From IMG/VR virus record IMGVR_UViG_3300017917_002795, positions 64,001-128,000 of that record: DNA of 64,000 nt. One strand, given 5' to 3'. Of the stretch, positions 49,907 to 59,739 are shown piece by piece (within the stretch, counting starts at the first letter, position 1; every line of letters begins with the position of its first letter). The DNA is from a virus. The notes below the pieces were generated by a model, which saw nothing but the letters and a program-made list of their open reading frames with translations, ran no database searches and had not been told where the DNA came from. The position numbers and the translations under genes were made by a program.

Positions 49907-50692
49907 ATGGGCTTAAATCTTGACGCCATTAAGGCAAAACTTAACCAATTAAATCGTACGGACGATAAAAAACAAAATTTGTGGAAACCTGAAGCAGGTA
50001 AATCACGTATTAGAATCGTGCCATATATCCACCGCAAAGACAATCCATTCTTAGAATTGTATTTTCATTATGACATCGGAAAGAAATCCATGTTGTCACC
50101 AATTTCATTTGGTAATGCAGATCCAATCGTTGAGTTTGCAGACAAATTAAAGAAAACTGGAGACAAAGATGAATGGCTAATGGGTCGTAAAATTGAACCA
50201 AAGATGAGAACTTATGTTCCAATCATCGTTCGTGGTAAAGAATCCGAAGGAGTTAAGTTTTGGGGCTTTGGCAAAACAATTTACGCAGAACTTTTATCAA
50301 TCATTTCAGATGCAGATTATGGTGACATTACAGACCTTATTAATGGTCGTGATATCGATGTAGAATTTGTTCCAGCAGAAGGTGCAAATTATCCAAAAAC
50401 ATCAATTCGTGTTAAACCAAATACACAACCAGCAACTGAAGACAAAGAAATTGCACAAAAAATCATGAATCAACCACAAATTACTGATTTGTTTCCAGAA
50501 CCAACATATGAAGAACTAGAAGCAGCTCTTAAAACGTGGATGAATCCAGAAAATGCCGATTCTGATGTTGATGAAGATGAAGATGATGCACCGGTAGCTC
50601 CAAGCAAAACTGCAAAAGCTACAACACCAAGTCCAGCTGCTAGCAAAGTAGAAGATGTTGCATCAGCATTTGATGACCTATTCAATTCTTAA
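49907..50692 (+). CDS. Single-stranded DNA-binding protein (gp32-like)
   Basis: WKPEAGK.RIRIVP, GVKFWGFGK and GRDIDV motifs; acidic tail ending FDDLFNS. Confidence 0.8.
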   Translation: MGLNLDAIKAKLNQLNRTDDKKQNLWKPEAGKSRIRIVPYIHRKDNPFLELYFHYDIGKKSMLSPISFGNADPIVEFADKLKKTGDKDEWLMGRKIEPKMRTYVPIIVRGKESEGVKFWGFGKTIYAELLSIISDADYGDITDLINGRDIDVEFVPAEGANYPKTSIRVKPNTQPATEDKEIAQKIMNQPQITDLFPEPTYEELEAALKTWMNPENADSDVDEDEDDAPVAPSKTAKATTPSPAASKVEDVASAFDDLFNS

Positions 50693-50705
50693 GAAGGAGT
50701 TATAA

Positions 50706-51869
50706 ATGGCGAAAACAAAAAGTAAACTCGAAATCGAGGACAGTTTAGCAAACACCTTAGCAGAAAGCATCAACAAACAATTTAAAGGTCAAGCACTTAA
50801 AACAGCTTTCTTTTTAGATGGTGATGCTGATTCGCCGAGCAATGTATCTGAATGGATATCATCTGGATGTGATATGCTTGATTTAGCAATTTCAAATCGT
50901 CCACATGGAGGTTTTCCTGTTGGTCGAATCACCGAAGTTACTGGATTAGAAGCATCAGGTAAATCATTATTAGTATCGCATATAGCTGCAGAAACACAGA
51001 AAAAAGGTGGATTAGCAGTTTATATAGATACTGAATCAGCAACTAGCGCTGAATTTATGTCAGCCATTGGTATTGATTTGAAAACCATGTTATATGTTCC
51101 GCTAGAAACAATTGAAGAAATATTTGAAACAATTGAAACTATCGTTGAACAGGTTAGAAAATCAAACAAAGACCGATTAGTTACAATCATTGTAGATTCA
51201 GTGATGGGTGCTTCTACTAAAATAGAAATGGCAGCTGAATATGATAAAGATGGTTATGCAACTAGCAAATCGATTATATTGTCAAAGGCAATGCGTAAAG
51301 TTACCAATTGGATTGCTCGCGAGAATATTTGTTTGATATTCACCAATCAGCTTCGAACTAAATTAGGTGTATCGTTTGGAGACCAATGGACGACATCAGG
51401 CGGTAAAGCAATTCCATTCCATGCTTCTGTTCGACTTCGTTTAAAGAATACTGGAATGATTAAAGCCAAGATTAATGGTGTTGAACAAGTGGTTGGTAGC
51501 AAAACTGAAGTGCAAGTTGTTAAGAACCGAATGGGACCTCCACATCGTAAGGTAAATTATGAAATCTATTACGATTCAGGAATTGATAATTATGGTGGTT
51601 GGTTAGAAACAATGAAAAAGTTTGATTTAGTTAAACAAGCAGGCGCACATTATACATTGGAAGATGTGGATATTGCAACCAGCGAAACATATGGCGAAAT
51701 CAAATTCCAATCAAAGAATTTCATGGAAAAGGTGATTGCAAAACCAGAAGTGAAAGAACGGTTATATCAAAGAATCTGTGATGCGTATATATTCAAATAT
51801 CAAGCCGGAATCGATGGCGGAATTGATGATGTGATCATCACCGAAGAAGTTTATGATGAAGAAGGATAG
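50706..51869 (+). CDS. recA: RecA/UvsX recombinase
   Basis: GRITEVTGLEASGKS, YIDTE, IIVDSV, FTNQLR and TTSGGKA..FHASVRL motifs. Confidence 0.95.
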   Translation: MAKTKSKLEIEDSLANTLAESINKQFKGQALKTAFFLDGDADSPSNVSEWISSGCDMLDLAISNRPHGGFPVGRITEVTGLEASGKSLLVSHIAAETQKKGGLAVYIDTESATSAEFMSAIGIDLKTMLYVPLETIEEIFETIETIVEQVRKSNKDRLVTIIVDSVMGASTKIEMAAEYDKDGYATSKSIILSKAMRKVTNWIARENICLIFTNQLRTKLGVSFGDQWTTSGGKAIPFHASVRLRLKNTGMIKAKINGVEQVVGSKTEVQVVKNRMGPPHRKVNYEIYYDSGIDNYGGWLETMKKFDLVKQAGAHYTLEDVDIATSETYGEIKFQSKNFMEKVIAKPEVKERLYQRICDAYIFKYQAGIDGGIDDVIITEEVYDEEG

Positions 51870-52922
51870 ATGAACAAGTATCAAAGATTATTTAAAGAGT
51901 TACAACAACAAAAGAATTTAGGTCCGTCAAGTGTCAATGATCACCTCATGATAGTTGACGGCCTAAATACCTTTATCAGAGCATTCGGTGCTACACCAGC
52001 ATACAACGAAGATGGCGACCATATTGGTGGTATCACCGGATTCTTGTATTCAATTGGTAAAACAATTCGAGATTTTCGACCTTCACGTTGCATAATTGTT
52101 TTTGATGGACGAGGAGGTTCTGCAAAACGCAAACGCATATATGGTGATTACAAAGCCAATCGAGCCAATAAAACAAAGCTCCGGAGATATGATCATCATG
52201 AATCAACCATCGAAGATGAACAAGAATCAATGCGACATCAGTTTAGCCGATTAGTGTCTTATTTAGATTGTTTACCAGTAACATTCATGGCCATGGATGG
52301 TATTGAAGCTGATGATGCAATTGCATACATTGCTCAAATGTATGAAACAGAATGTAAAAAGATAACCATAGTTTCAACGGATCGAGATTTTTATCAATTA
52401 GTAGATCATCGCATACAAGTTTGGTCTCCGATCAAAAAGAAAATGTATGACACTCAAGCAGTTCTAGATGAATTTGGTGTTCATCCTGCAAATATGGTTA
52501 TATACAGGTCATTCACAGGAGATACCTCAGATAATATACCAGGTGTTAATGGAATAGGTCCAAAAACCATATTGAAATTAGCACCAGAAATAGGCGATGC
52601 TGCAGAATTCACAACAGAAGCATTGTTTGAAAAATGTAGAACACGATTAACAGAATCGAAATCATATCAGAAAATTCTAGATAATTCACACATCATAGAA
52701 CAGAATTATCAACTCATGAACATCAAGCTATTGGACATACCAGCACAGACAGCATCAAAGATTCGAGGCATAATGGAACAACCGGTTGCAGAATTAAATC
52801 GTGCTGAATTTCAACGTCTTTTTTATGAAGATAAGATGTGGGCTATCATGAAGAATCTACCAGACTGGTTAACTAACACCTGGCTATCGCTGAGCGCGTT
52901 TGCAAAACAAACACACAAATAA
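51870..52922 (+). CDS. 5'-3' exonuclease / flap endonuclease (T4 RNase H-like)
   Basis: IVDGLN, VFDG, YKANR, EADD, STDRD and GDTSDNIPGV.GIGPKT motifs. Confidence 0.92.
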   Translation: MNKYQRLFKELQQQKNLGPSSVNDHLMIVDGLNTFIRAFGATPAYNEDGDHIGGITGFLYSIGKTIRDFRPSRCIIVFDGRGGSAKRKRIYGDYKANRANKTKLRRYDHHESTIEDEQESMRHQFSRLVSYLDCLPVTFMAMDGIEADDAIAYIAQMYETECKKITIVSTDRDFYQLVDHRIQVWSPIKKKMYDTQAVLDEFGVHPANMVIYRSFTGDTSDNIPGVNGIGPKTILKLAPEIGDAAEFTTEALFEKCRTRLTESKSYQKILDNSHIIEQNYQLMNIKLLDIPAQTASKIRGIMEQPVAELNRAEFQRLFYEDKMWAIMKNLPDWLTNTWLSLSAFAKQTHK

Positions 52923-52958
52923 TTTTGAATATGACAACAATTTTCTTATAATAGTTAT

Positions 52959-54326
52959 ATGACGGATAAACTGGCGGAGTATGGATTTGGATTTCAAGTA
53001 AAGGTCCTAGCGGCATTATTTACGGATAGATCATTTTTGCAACAAATTGCTGATATTATTCAATCAGACTATTTTGAATCAGATGCAAATAGTTGGATTT
53101 TGGATGTTATATTAACACATTTCAGAGAATATAAATCACCACCAAGCAAAGATGTACTCAAAGTTAAATTAACGGAACTGAGTGATGATGGGCCAGAATC
53201 AATACTAAAGACGGCTATATTAGAACAACTCAAAGAAGTTTTCCGGTATATGGAGTCAGATGATCTTTCATTTGTTAAAGATGAAATTCTGCGATTCTGT
53301 AAAAATCAGGAAATTAAACGAGCGATTATGGATTCAGTAGGTTTACTCAAAATGGGTAACTATGATGAAATAAAGAGTAAGATTGATGGTGCAATGAAAG
53401 CTGGTGCTGATACTAACATTGGTTTAGAATACAAACAAAATGTTGCGGCACGATATGAAGAAGCTGCTCGACACCCCATCACAACAGGCTGGGATGTAAT
53501 TGATGATTTAATGGATGGTGGTCTAGCTCTTGGTGAGTTAGGAGTAGTAATGGCACCGGCTGGTATTGGTAAATCATGGATGCTTATTAATATTGGCGCC
53601 AATGCAATCAAAGCCGGTAAAACCGTTATACATTATACACTTGAACTCAATGAGAACTATGTAGGTCAGCGCTATGACTCCGTTTTAACTGGGATTAATG
53701 CTCAGGCATTAAAGAACCATCAAGACACTGTAGAAGAACGTATGCATAGTCTTAAAGGTGATTTAATAGTGAAGTATTTCCCAACCAAGTCAATTGGCGT
53801 AATGGGACTTAAAGCACACCTAGAAAAAACAATTATGCTAGGCAAAACGCCGGATTTAATTATTGTGGATTATGGTGATTTATTGAAGATTAATGCGAAA
53901 AAAGATAAACATGAAGCTCTTGAAGAATTATACGAAGAATTACGGGGAATGGCAGGAGAGTATAATATACCTGTTTGGACAGCTTCGCAAGCAGGTCGCT
54001 CTGCATTGGAAGAAGATATCATTGAAGCAGATAAAATAGCATCTTCATATGGTAAAGTAATGGTTGCTGATTTCTTGATGTCATTGTCGAGAAAAGTAGA
54101 AGATAAGATGTCTGGGACTGGACGTGGTCACGTTATTAAGAATCGTTTCGGACCAGATGGTATAACGTTACCAAGCAAGATTAATACGAATAATGGTCAG
54201 TTTCAATTCTTTGAACCCGATACCACTCAAGGTAAACAAACAACTCAAACAATGAAAACAGGTGAAAATCTTATCAAAAAAAGTTTGGCACAAAAGTTCA
54301 AAGATTTGGGCGGACAATTAGGATAA
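52959..54326 (+). CDS. Replicative helicase (DnaB/gp41-like)
   Basis: APAGIGKS Walker A, IIVDYGD, WTASQ and KNRFG motifs. Confidence 0.93.
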   Translation: MTDKLAEYGFGFQVKVLAALFTDRSFLQQIADIIQSDYFESDANSWILDVILTHFREYKSPPSKDVLKVKLTELSDDGPESILKTAILEQLKEVFRYMESDDLSFVKDEILRFCKNQEIKRAIMDSVGLLKMGNYDEIKSKIDGAMKAGADTNIGLEYKQNVAARYEEAARHPITTGWDVIDDLMDGGLALGELGVVMAPAGIGKSWMLINIGANAIKAGKTVIHYTLELNENYVGQRYDSVLTGINAQALKNHQDTVEERMHSLKGDLIVKYFPTKSIGVMGLKAHLEKTIMLGKTPDLIIVDYGDLLKINAKKDKHEALEELYEELRGMAGEYNIPVWTASQAGRSALEEDIIEADKIASSYGKVMVADFLMSLSRKVEDKMSGTGRGHVIKNRFGPDGITLPSKINTNNGQFQFFEPDTTQGKQTTQTMKTGENLIKKSLAQKFKDLGGQLG

Positions 54327-54346
54327 ACATATATTTATATAAAATG

Positions 54347-54377
54347 AGGTCCGGGTGTAACGCTCCGGCCTTTTTTT
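54347..54377 (+). terminator. GC-rich hairpin plus T7 between helicase and nrdJ
   Basis: AGGTCCGGGTGTAACGCTCCGGCCT followed by T-tract. Confidence 0.6.
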
Positions 54378-54421
54378 GTCTAAAAACAAATTAAGTTAAC
54401 AACATTAAAAGGATTTATGCA

Positions 54422-55684
54422 ATGGAAATATCAAACAAAATTTTGAGTGAAATAACAGTATACATGAAGTATGCCAAATACATTCCAGAACTCAACCGCC
54501 GAGAAACTTGGGAAGAATTAGTTACAAGAAACAAGGAAATGCACATTAAAAAATATCCACAGTTACAAGATGAAATTGAAGCTGCATATCAGTTTGTGTA
54601 TGATAAAAAGATATTACCATCAATGCGTAGTTTGCAATTTGGCGGCAAACCAATTGAAATTTCTCCAAACCGTATTTACAATTGTGCATATCTTCCAATT
54701 GATGATTACAGAGCATTTGGTGAAGCAATGTTTTTGCTGTTAGGCGGTACTGGCGTAGGATATTCAGTGCAAGCTCATCATGTTGAGAAACTACCAGAAA
54801 TACGCAAACCTAATCCTAAAAAGACACGTAGATTCTTAATTGCAGATTCAATTGAAGGTTGGGCAGATGCGGTAAAAGCTGTTGTTAAATCTTATTTTGA
54901 AGGCGGATCCACATTTGTGTTTGATTTTTCTGATATTCGACCAAAAGGCGCTCGATTAGTTACATCGGGAGGAAAAGCACCAGGACCGCAGCCACTTAAA
55001 GAATGTTTAATTAAACTTCAAGGAATCTTAGATGCAAAAGACGATGGCGATAAACTTTCTCCAATTGAAGTGCATGATATGGTATGTCATGTTGCGGACG
55101 CAGTGTTGGCTGGTGGTATTCGTAGAGCAGCACTCATTAGCTTGTTTAGCGCTGATGATGAAGAAATGATTGCATGTAAATCAGGTAATTGGTGGGAAAC
55201 AAATCCACAAAGAGGCCGAGCAAACAATTCAGCAGTATTAATACGACACAAAGTTACCCGTGAATTCTTTATGGATTTATGGAAACGAGTAGAATTGTCA
55301 GGAGCTGGTGAACCAGGTATTTATCTATCCAATGACAAAGATTGGGGAACTAATCCATGTTGTTTTATCGGCGATACTAAGATACAAACTTCATCAGGTA
55401 CTTTAACTATTAAAGAAATCGTTGATAAAGTTAATGCTGGCGATTCATGTGAAGTTATTTCATTTAATGAACAAACTAAACAAATTGTGTTGAATAGTGT
55501 AACAGCAGGAATGTTAAGTAAAAAAGATGCAAATGTAGTTAAACTGACAGTGGAAGAAAATGGAATTCGATATTCTGTTACATGTACTCCTGATCATAAA
55601 TTCTATACTAATAACAGGGGTTGGGTAGAATGTAAAGATTTGTGTTCAGATGATGACATTGTAATATATAATTCAATTTCATAA
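54422..55684 (+). CDS. nrdJ: Class II ribonucleotide reductase N-half (313 aa) fused to split intein N-part
   Basis: RRETWEE, PSMRSL, YNCAY, GGTGVG, GGIRRAALI and GEPG motifs; ends GTNPC then CFIGDT intein start. Confidence 0.93.
   Translation: MEISNKILSEITVYMKYAKYIPELNRRETWEELVTRNKEMHIKKYPQLQDEIEAAYQFVYDKKILPSMRSLQFGGKPIEISPNRIYNCAYLPIDDYRAFGEAMFLLLGGTGVGYSVQAHHVEKLPEIRKPNPKKTRRFLIADSIEGWADAVKAVVKSYFEGGSTFVFDFSDIRPKGARLVTSGGKAPGPQPLKECLIKLQGILDAKDDGDKLSPIEVHDMVCHVADAVLAGGIRRAALISLFSADDEEMIACKSGNWWETNPQRGRANNSAVLIRHKVTREFFMDLWKRVELSGAGEPGIYLSNDKDWGTNPCCFIGDTKIQTSSGTLTIKEIVDKVNAGDSCEVISFNEQTKQIVLNSVTAGMLSKKDANVVKLTVEENGIRYSVTCTPDHKFYTNNRGWVECKDLCSDDDIVIYNSIS
55361..55681 (+). mobile_element. 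Split intein N-fragment (IntN, 107 aa)
   Basis: Block A CFIGDTKI; block B VTCTPDHKFYT..GWVECKDL; stop codon immediately after. Confidence 0.92.
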
Positions 55685-55693
55685 AAAATATAA

Positions 55694-55762
55694 ATTTGCC
55701 CTTATTTTAATACAATGTCATATATTTATATTAAATGATATCGCATTAAAATGAGGGCAAAT
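55694..55762 (+). promoter_or_regulatory. RBS-sequestering hairpin with late promoter motif in loop
   Basis: 55694-55711 pairs with 55745-55762 (17 Watson-Crick + 1 GU); ATATTTATA at 55722. Confidence 0.8.
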
Positions 55763-55764
55763 AT

Positions 55765-56559
55765 ATGAAAAATGGGGGAAAGGTAAAATTAGGATCTGCG
55801 AAAAATAGAGGGTATATCGGATACCACACTACATGGGATAATAAAAAAGTTTTTTTACGTAGTAAAGCGGAATTTATTTTTGCGAAATCATTAGATATAG
55901 AAAAAATACCATACATGTTAGAATGCGTAACATATCGAATAGATAATAAATATTATAAACCGGATTTTTTTATATTTGATGATAATTATAGTACGATTAA
56001 AAAAATCATAGAAATAAAAGGATTAGACGATAAGAAAACAGCATTGATGTATTTGGATAAATATAAACCATATTTTAATAGCATAGGGATTGAATATGAT
56101 GTAGTATGGAAATATCAAGCATTGATTACTAAATATCAATTGCATGAAGAAATTGAAAAATGGATTACTACGTCTATTCAAAAATATGATTTTATTTCAG
56201 ATACATCTGGCAAAAATAATCCAATGTATGGCCGAAAACAAACAGAAGAAACGAAAAAACGAATACAAACTAAGGCAATTGAACGACAAACTGATGAATA
56301 CCGTAAAAAGAATTCTGAAGCACAGAAAGCATTTTGGACGACCGAAAGGGGCTTACAACGAAAACTAGAAATTTCTTTGCAACGAACACAAGATGCTATA
56401 CTAAAAAACCCAATTGTTGATAGACAGTGTAAACATTGTAATAATATATTTGAAACTAAATTAAAAACTAAAAAACAATTTTGTTCAGGTTTATGTAATA
56501 GGACATGGTCTTATAAAAATATACCTGGGTATGGAAAATGGAGAAAAAAACATGGCTAA
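55765..56559 (+). CDS. Free-standing homing endonuclease-like protein (PD-(D/E)XK + NUMOD3 + Zn finger)
   Basis: LRSKAE..YKPDF..IEIKG; NPMYGRKQTEETKKRI; CKHC..FCSGLC. Confidence 0.8.
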   Translation: MKNGGKVKLGSAKNRGYIGYHTTWDNKKVFLRSKAEFIFAKSLDIEKIPYMLECVTYRIDNKYYKPDFFIFDDNYSTIKKIIEIKGLDDKKTALMYLDKYKPYFNSIGIEYDVVWKYQALITKYQLHEEIEKWITTSIQKYDFISDTSGKNNPMYGRKQTEETKKRIQTKAIERQTDEYRKKNSEAQKAFWTTERGLQRKLEISLQRTQDAILKNPIVDRQCKHCNNIFETKLKTKKQFCSGLCNRTWSYKNIPGYGKWRKKHG

Positions 56560-56659
56560 ATTAATATCAATTGAAATACTAGATAAACGAGAAGATGTAT
56601 ATGACATCGAAGTTGAGGATAATCATAATTTTTTTGCGAATGGAATATTAGCACATAAT
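56552..56659 (+). mobile_element. Split intein C-fragment (IntC, 36 aa)
   Basis: Blocks F/G ending His-Asn followed by Cys+1 at 56660. Confidence 0.92.
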
Positions 56660-57577
56660 TGTGAAATTGCACTTCGCCCTTTCCAATTCTGTAATCTTTG
56701 TGAAGTAAATGCATCGGATATTGAATCACAAGAAGACCTTGAAACCCGCGTTCGAGTAGCTGCATTTATCGGAACACTTCAAGCTGGATACACTGATTTT
56801 CATTATCTACGTCCGGTTTGGAAACGCACAACTGAAAAAGATGCGCTTATTGGCGTATCAATGACAGGTATTGGTTCTGGAACGGTATTAGGATATGATA
56901 TGAAAGCGGCTGCACGAGCAGTTAAAGCAGAAAATGAACGTGTTGCAAACGTCATTGGTATTAATCGATCAGCTCGTACAACAACTGTTAAGCCCGCAGG
57001 AACAACATCATTAGCATTAGGAACATCATCTGGAATTCATGCATGGCACAATGATTACTATATCCGTCGAATCCGTGTTGGAAAGAATGAAGCAATTTAT
57101 TCTTATTTAGCAGCAAATCACCCAGAACTTGTTGAAGATGAATATTTCCGTCCACATGACACGGCAGTTATCTCAATTCCACAAAAAGCTCCAGAAGGTT
57201 CCATACTAAGAACAGAATCACCATTTGCATTGCTAGATCGCATCAAAAAAGTGCATTTAGAATGGGTTAAACCAGGACATCGAAGCGGAAACAATACTCA
57301 TAATGTATCTGCAACCGTATCACTTAAAGCAGATGAATGGGAATTGGCAGGAGAATGGATGTGGGAGAATCGTCAACATTATAATGGATTATCAGTTTTA
57401 CCATTCGATGGAGGCACATATACCCAAGCTCCTTTCGAGGATATTACTAAAGAACAATATGAAACAATGATGAAATCACTTCATAACATTGATTTGAGTC
57501 AAGTAATTGAATTAGATGACAATACAGACCTGTCAGGAGAATTGGCTTGTGCTGGTGGAGCGTGTGAGATAAAGTAA
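56552..57577 (+). CDS. nrdJ: Split intein C-part (36 aa) fused to class II RNR C-half
   Basis: ATG 56552 with GGAG RBS; VYDIEV..NHNFFANGILAHN|CEIAL; CNLCEVN, TTVKPAGT and C-terminal CAGGACE. Confidence 0.93.
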   Translation: MAKLISIEILDKREDVYDIEVEDNHNFFANGILAHNCEIALRPFQFCNLCEVNASDIESQEDLETRVRVAAFIGTLQAGYTDFHYLRPVWKRTTEKDALIGVSMTGIGSGTVLGYDMKAAARAVKAENERVANVIGINRSARTTTVKPAGTTSLALGTSSGIHAWHNDYYIRRIRVGKNEAIYSYLAANHPELVEDEYFRPHDTAVISIPQKAPEGSILRTESPFALLDRIKKVHLEWVKPGHRSGNNTHNVSATVSLKADEWELAGEWMWENRQHYNGLSVLPFDGGTYTQAPFEDITKEQYETMMKSLHNIDLSQVIELDDNTDLSGELACAGGACEIK

Positions 57578-57792
57578 TGATACAACCGGCTGCAAAAGAT
57601 TGGATACAACAACAGTTTGTAAAGGAGTTTGGCAACAAGCTCCTTCCGGATGATTTCTACTATGAAAATGGATATCGCGTAATGACCGAATCATATCATC
57701 GACGACGTGGTACATGTTGCGGAAATGGTTGTAGACACTGTCCATATGTACCACGTCATGTAAAAGGCAATACTGTGTTGAAAGATATTTAA
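57577..57792 (+). CDS. Small Cys-rich protein (DUF5522-like)
   Basis: RGTCCGNGCRHCPY motif. Confidence 0.7.
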   Translation: MIQPAAKDWIQQQFVKEFGNKLLPDDFYYENGYRVMTESYHRRRGTCCGNGCRHCPYVPRHVKGNTVLKDI

Positions 57793-57806
57793 TATAAAGG
57801 ATATTC

Positions 57807-58589
57807 ATGTTAATAGAAGGCATCAGATTTGAAAACAATCAAGTGGTATTTGATTTTGCAAACGACCAACCTGATGATATCATTCCATTAAAACTACAAA
57901 AATACAACGATAAGTTTGTAAGCATGAACAACATACCTACTTATTATGCGTATCGCATAAACCCATCATATAAAGGTTCTGTTCAGTCTGATCCAAGAAT
58001 TGCTACGGTTCGAGATGCTATAAAAAATGTAACAATCAGCCGAGAAGATTATGTTCGTTTCATTACCAAGGCATTCATCAATTTTGATCAACGCGTTGAC
58101 AAGTTAAGTTCGTATGATTTAATTGTTTTGCCACAATCATCATCACCCCTGCTAGTTCAAGTAGTTGAATCATTAGGTCAAAAATATGGAACTGCCATTG
58201 AAGTTATTGATTCTGCATTTGTAAAAAACAAGATAACTGATATAACGGTAGATCCGCAAATTATTCAAGGTATCCGAGACAAATATGGTGATAAAAAAGC
58301 AGATTACATTGCAAAACGGTATGCGGACTTAATCAAATCAGCAGAAGTTAATGGTGAATTCAAAATGAAGAAGATTCCTACGGATATGGGATTTCGTAGA
58401 GGTATCACAAATTTTCTTCATATCAATGATAACCGTAAAGATGCAATACTTAAACAAGTTTATGGCGGAAAGATTTTGATTGTAGATGACATCATTACAA
58501 GTGGTACTACTATGGTTGAAATGAAACGGTTATTAGATGATTTAGGTGCCGCATCAGTTAACTTATTTTGCATATTAGGTTTAAGATAA
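57807..58589 (+). CDS. Type I phosphoribosyltransferase-domain protein
   Basis: PRPP-binding loop ILIVDDIITSGTT. Confidence 0.8.
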   Translation: MLIEGIRFENNQVVFDFANDQPDDIIPLKLQKYNDKFVSMNNIPTYYAYRINPSYKGSVQSDPRIATVRDAIKNVTISREDYVRFITKAFINFDQRVDKLSSYDLIVLPQSSSPLLVQVVESLGQKYGTAIEVIDSAFVKNKITDITVDPQIIQGIRDKYGDKKADYIAKRYADLIKSAEVNGEFKMKKIPTDMGFRRGITNFLHINDNRKDAILKQVYGGKILIVDDIITSGTTMVEMKRLLDDLGAASVNLFCILGLR

Positions 58590-58625
58590 TTTGGATTGTT
58601 GTATTTTTTTCATTATCTTTATGTT

Positions 58626-58964
58626 ATGAAACTAGCAGTTGTTGGTAGTAGATCTTTTTCGGACAAAACCATGTTAACAAATATATTAGATCAACAACAG
58701 AATATTTCTTGCATCATATCCGGTGGTGCTCGTGGGGTTGACACATTAGCAGAACAGTGGGCACGATCCAAAAATGTTGAAACTAAAATCTTTTTGCCGG
58801 ATTGGTTGTCATATGGTCGAGCAGCAGGTCCAATACGAAATCGAAACATCATTGAAGCGTGTGATGAATGCGTTGCATTTTGGGATGGAGAAAGCCCCGG
58901 CACGCGAAGTTCAATTGAATTATGTAATAAGTTAGGAAAACCTATCAAGATAGTTATCATTTAA
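58626..58964 (+). CDS. SLOG-superfamily protein (YspA/DUF2493-like)
   Basis: AVVGSR, IISGGARGVD, AGPIRN and AFWDGESPGT motifs; ATG 58626. Confidence 0.8.
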   Translation: MKLAVVGSRSFSDKTMLTNILDQQQNISCIISGGARGVDTLAEQWARSKNVETKIFLPDWLSYGRAAGPIRNRNIIEACDECVAFWDGESPGTRSSIELCNKLGKPIKIVII

Positions 58965-59012
58965 CTTTGAATATTCACTAAAATATCTTATATTATTAAT
59001 AAGAATCAAGTT

Positions 59013-59732
59013 ATGACAAAAGAACAAAGAAAAAATTTAGAATTAGTTGAATCTGGTTTCGCGAATGGCATTTCCACTCAACTTGCAACGAAACAGGCAA
59101 TATTTGGACCAGATGCTGAATTAACTCAAGAAGAAAAACAAGCAATCATTACGGAGGCTGCATATCACTATGGTGAATTCTTAAGAGCATTAGGAGTAGC
59201 TTGGGAAAATGACCCTAATAGCGCAGATACTCCACGCAGAGTTGCAAAGGCGTATGTAAATGATTTATGGGCTGGTCGTTATAATCCAATGTCAGGCATC
59301 ACAGCATTTCCTAGTGACGGATATGATGGAATTGTACAAGAAAGTAATATACCAGTAACATCAATGTGCTCACATCACCATGAAACAATTATGGGTAATG
59401 TTAGTATTGCATATATTCCTGCGAAAGATGGCAAGGTAGTGGGGCTTAGCAAGTTAAATAGAATCGTAGAGCATTTTGGTAGACGAGGTTCAATTCAAGA
59501 ACAATTAACAGTTGCTGTACATAATGCTGTAGATCAGATCTGTGAAGGTAATTTAGGCGTTGCTGTAATGATTAATGCAACACATAATTGCGTGCAATGC
59601 AGAGGTGTTAAACATAGAGGCGCATCAATGCAAACAGCAAAACTTTCAGGTGCTTTCTTAGACGATCCAGCAGCTCGAGCAGAATTTTATAAAAATATGG
59701 AATTTGCAACTAGTTGTAAACATAATCATTGA
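59013..59732 (+). CDS. folE: GTP cyclohydrolase I
   Basis: TPRRVAK, SMCSHH, GLSKLNR, IQEQLT and HNCVQCRG motifs. Confidence 0.95.
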   Translation: MTKEQRKNLELVESGFANGISTQLATKQAIFGPDAELTQEEKQAIITEAAYHYGEFLRALGVAWENDPNSADTPRRVAKAYVNDLWAGRYNPMSGITAFPSDGYDGIVQESNIPVTSMCSHHHETIMGNVSIAYIPAKDGKVVGLSKLNRIVEHFGRRGSIQEQLTVAVHNAVDQICEGNLGVAVMINATHNCVQCRGVKHRGASMQTAKLSGAFLDDPAARAEFYKNMEFATSCKHNH

Positions 59733-59739
59733 TACATCA

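Noticed and set aside
54327-54421. Cobalamin riboswitch upstream of B12-dependent nrdJ
   Set aside because: Region is under 100 nt and lacks a recognisable B12 box
55682-56551. Group I intron interrupting nrdJ
   Set aside because: Only ~80 nt of non-coding sequence, too little for a ribozyme core; split-intein motifs explain the break
57807-58964. NAD+ reconstitution (NARP) anti-defence pathway
   Set aside because: No nicotinamide phosphoribosyltransferase-like partner seen, and the PRTase lacks the two-domain PRPP-synthetase layout
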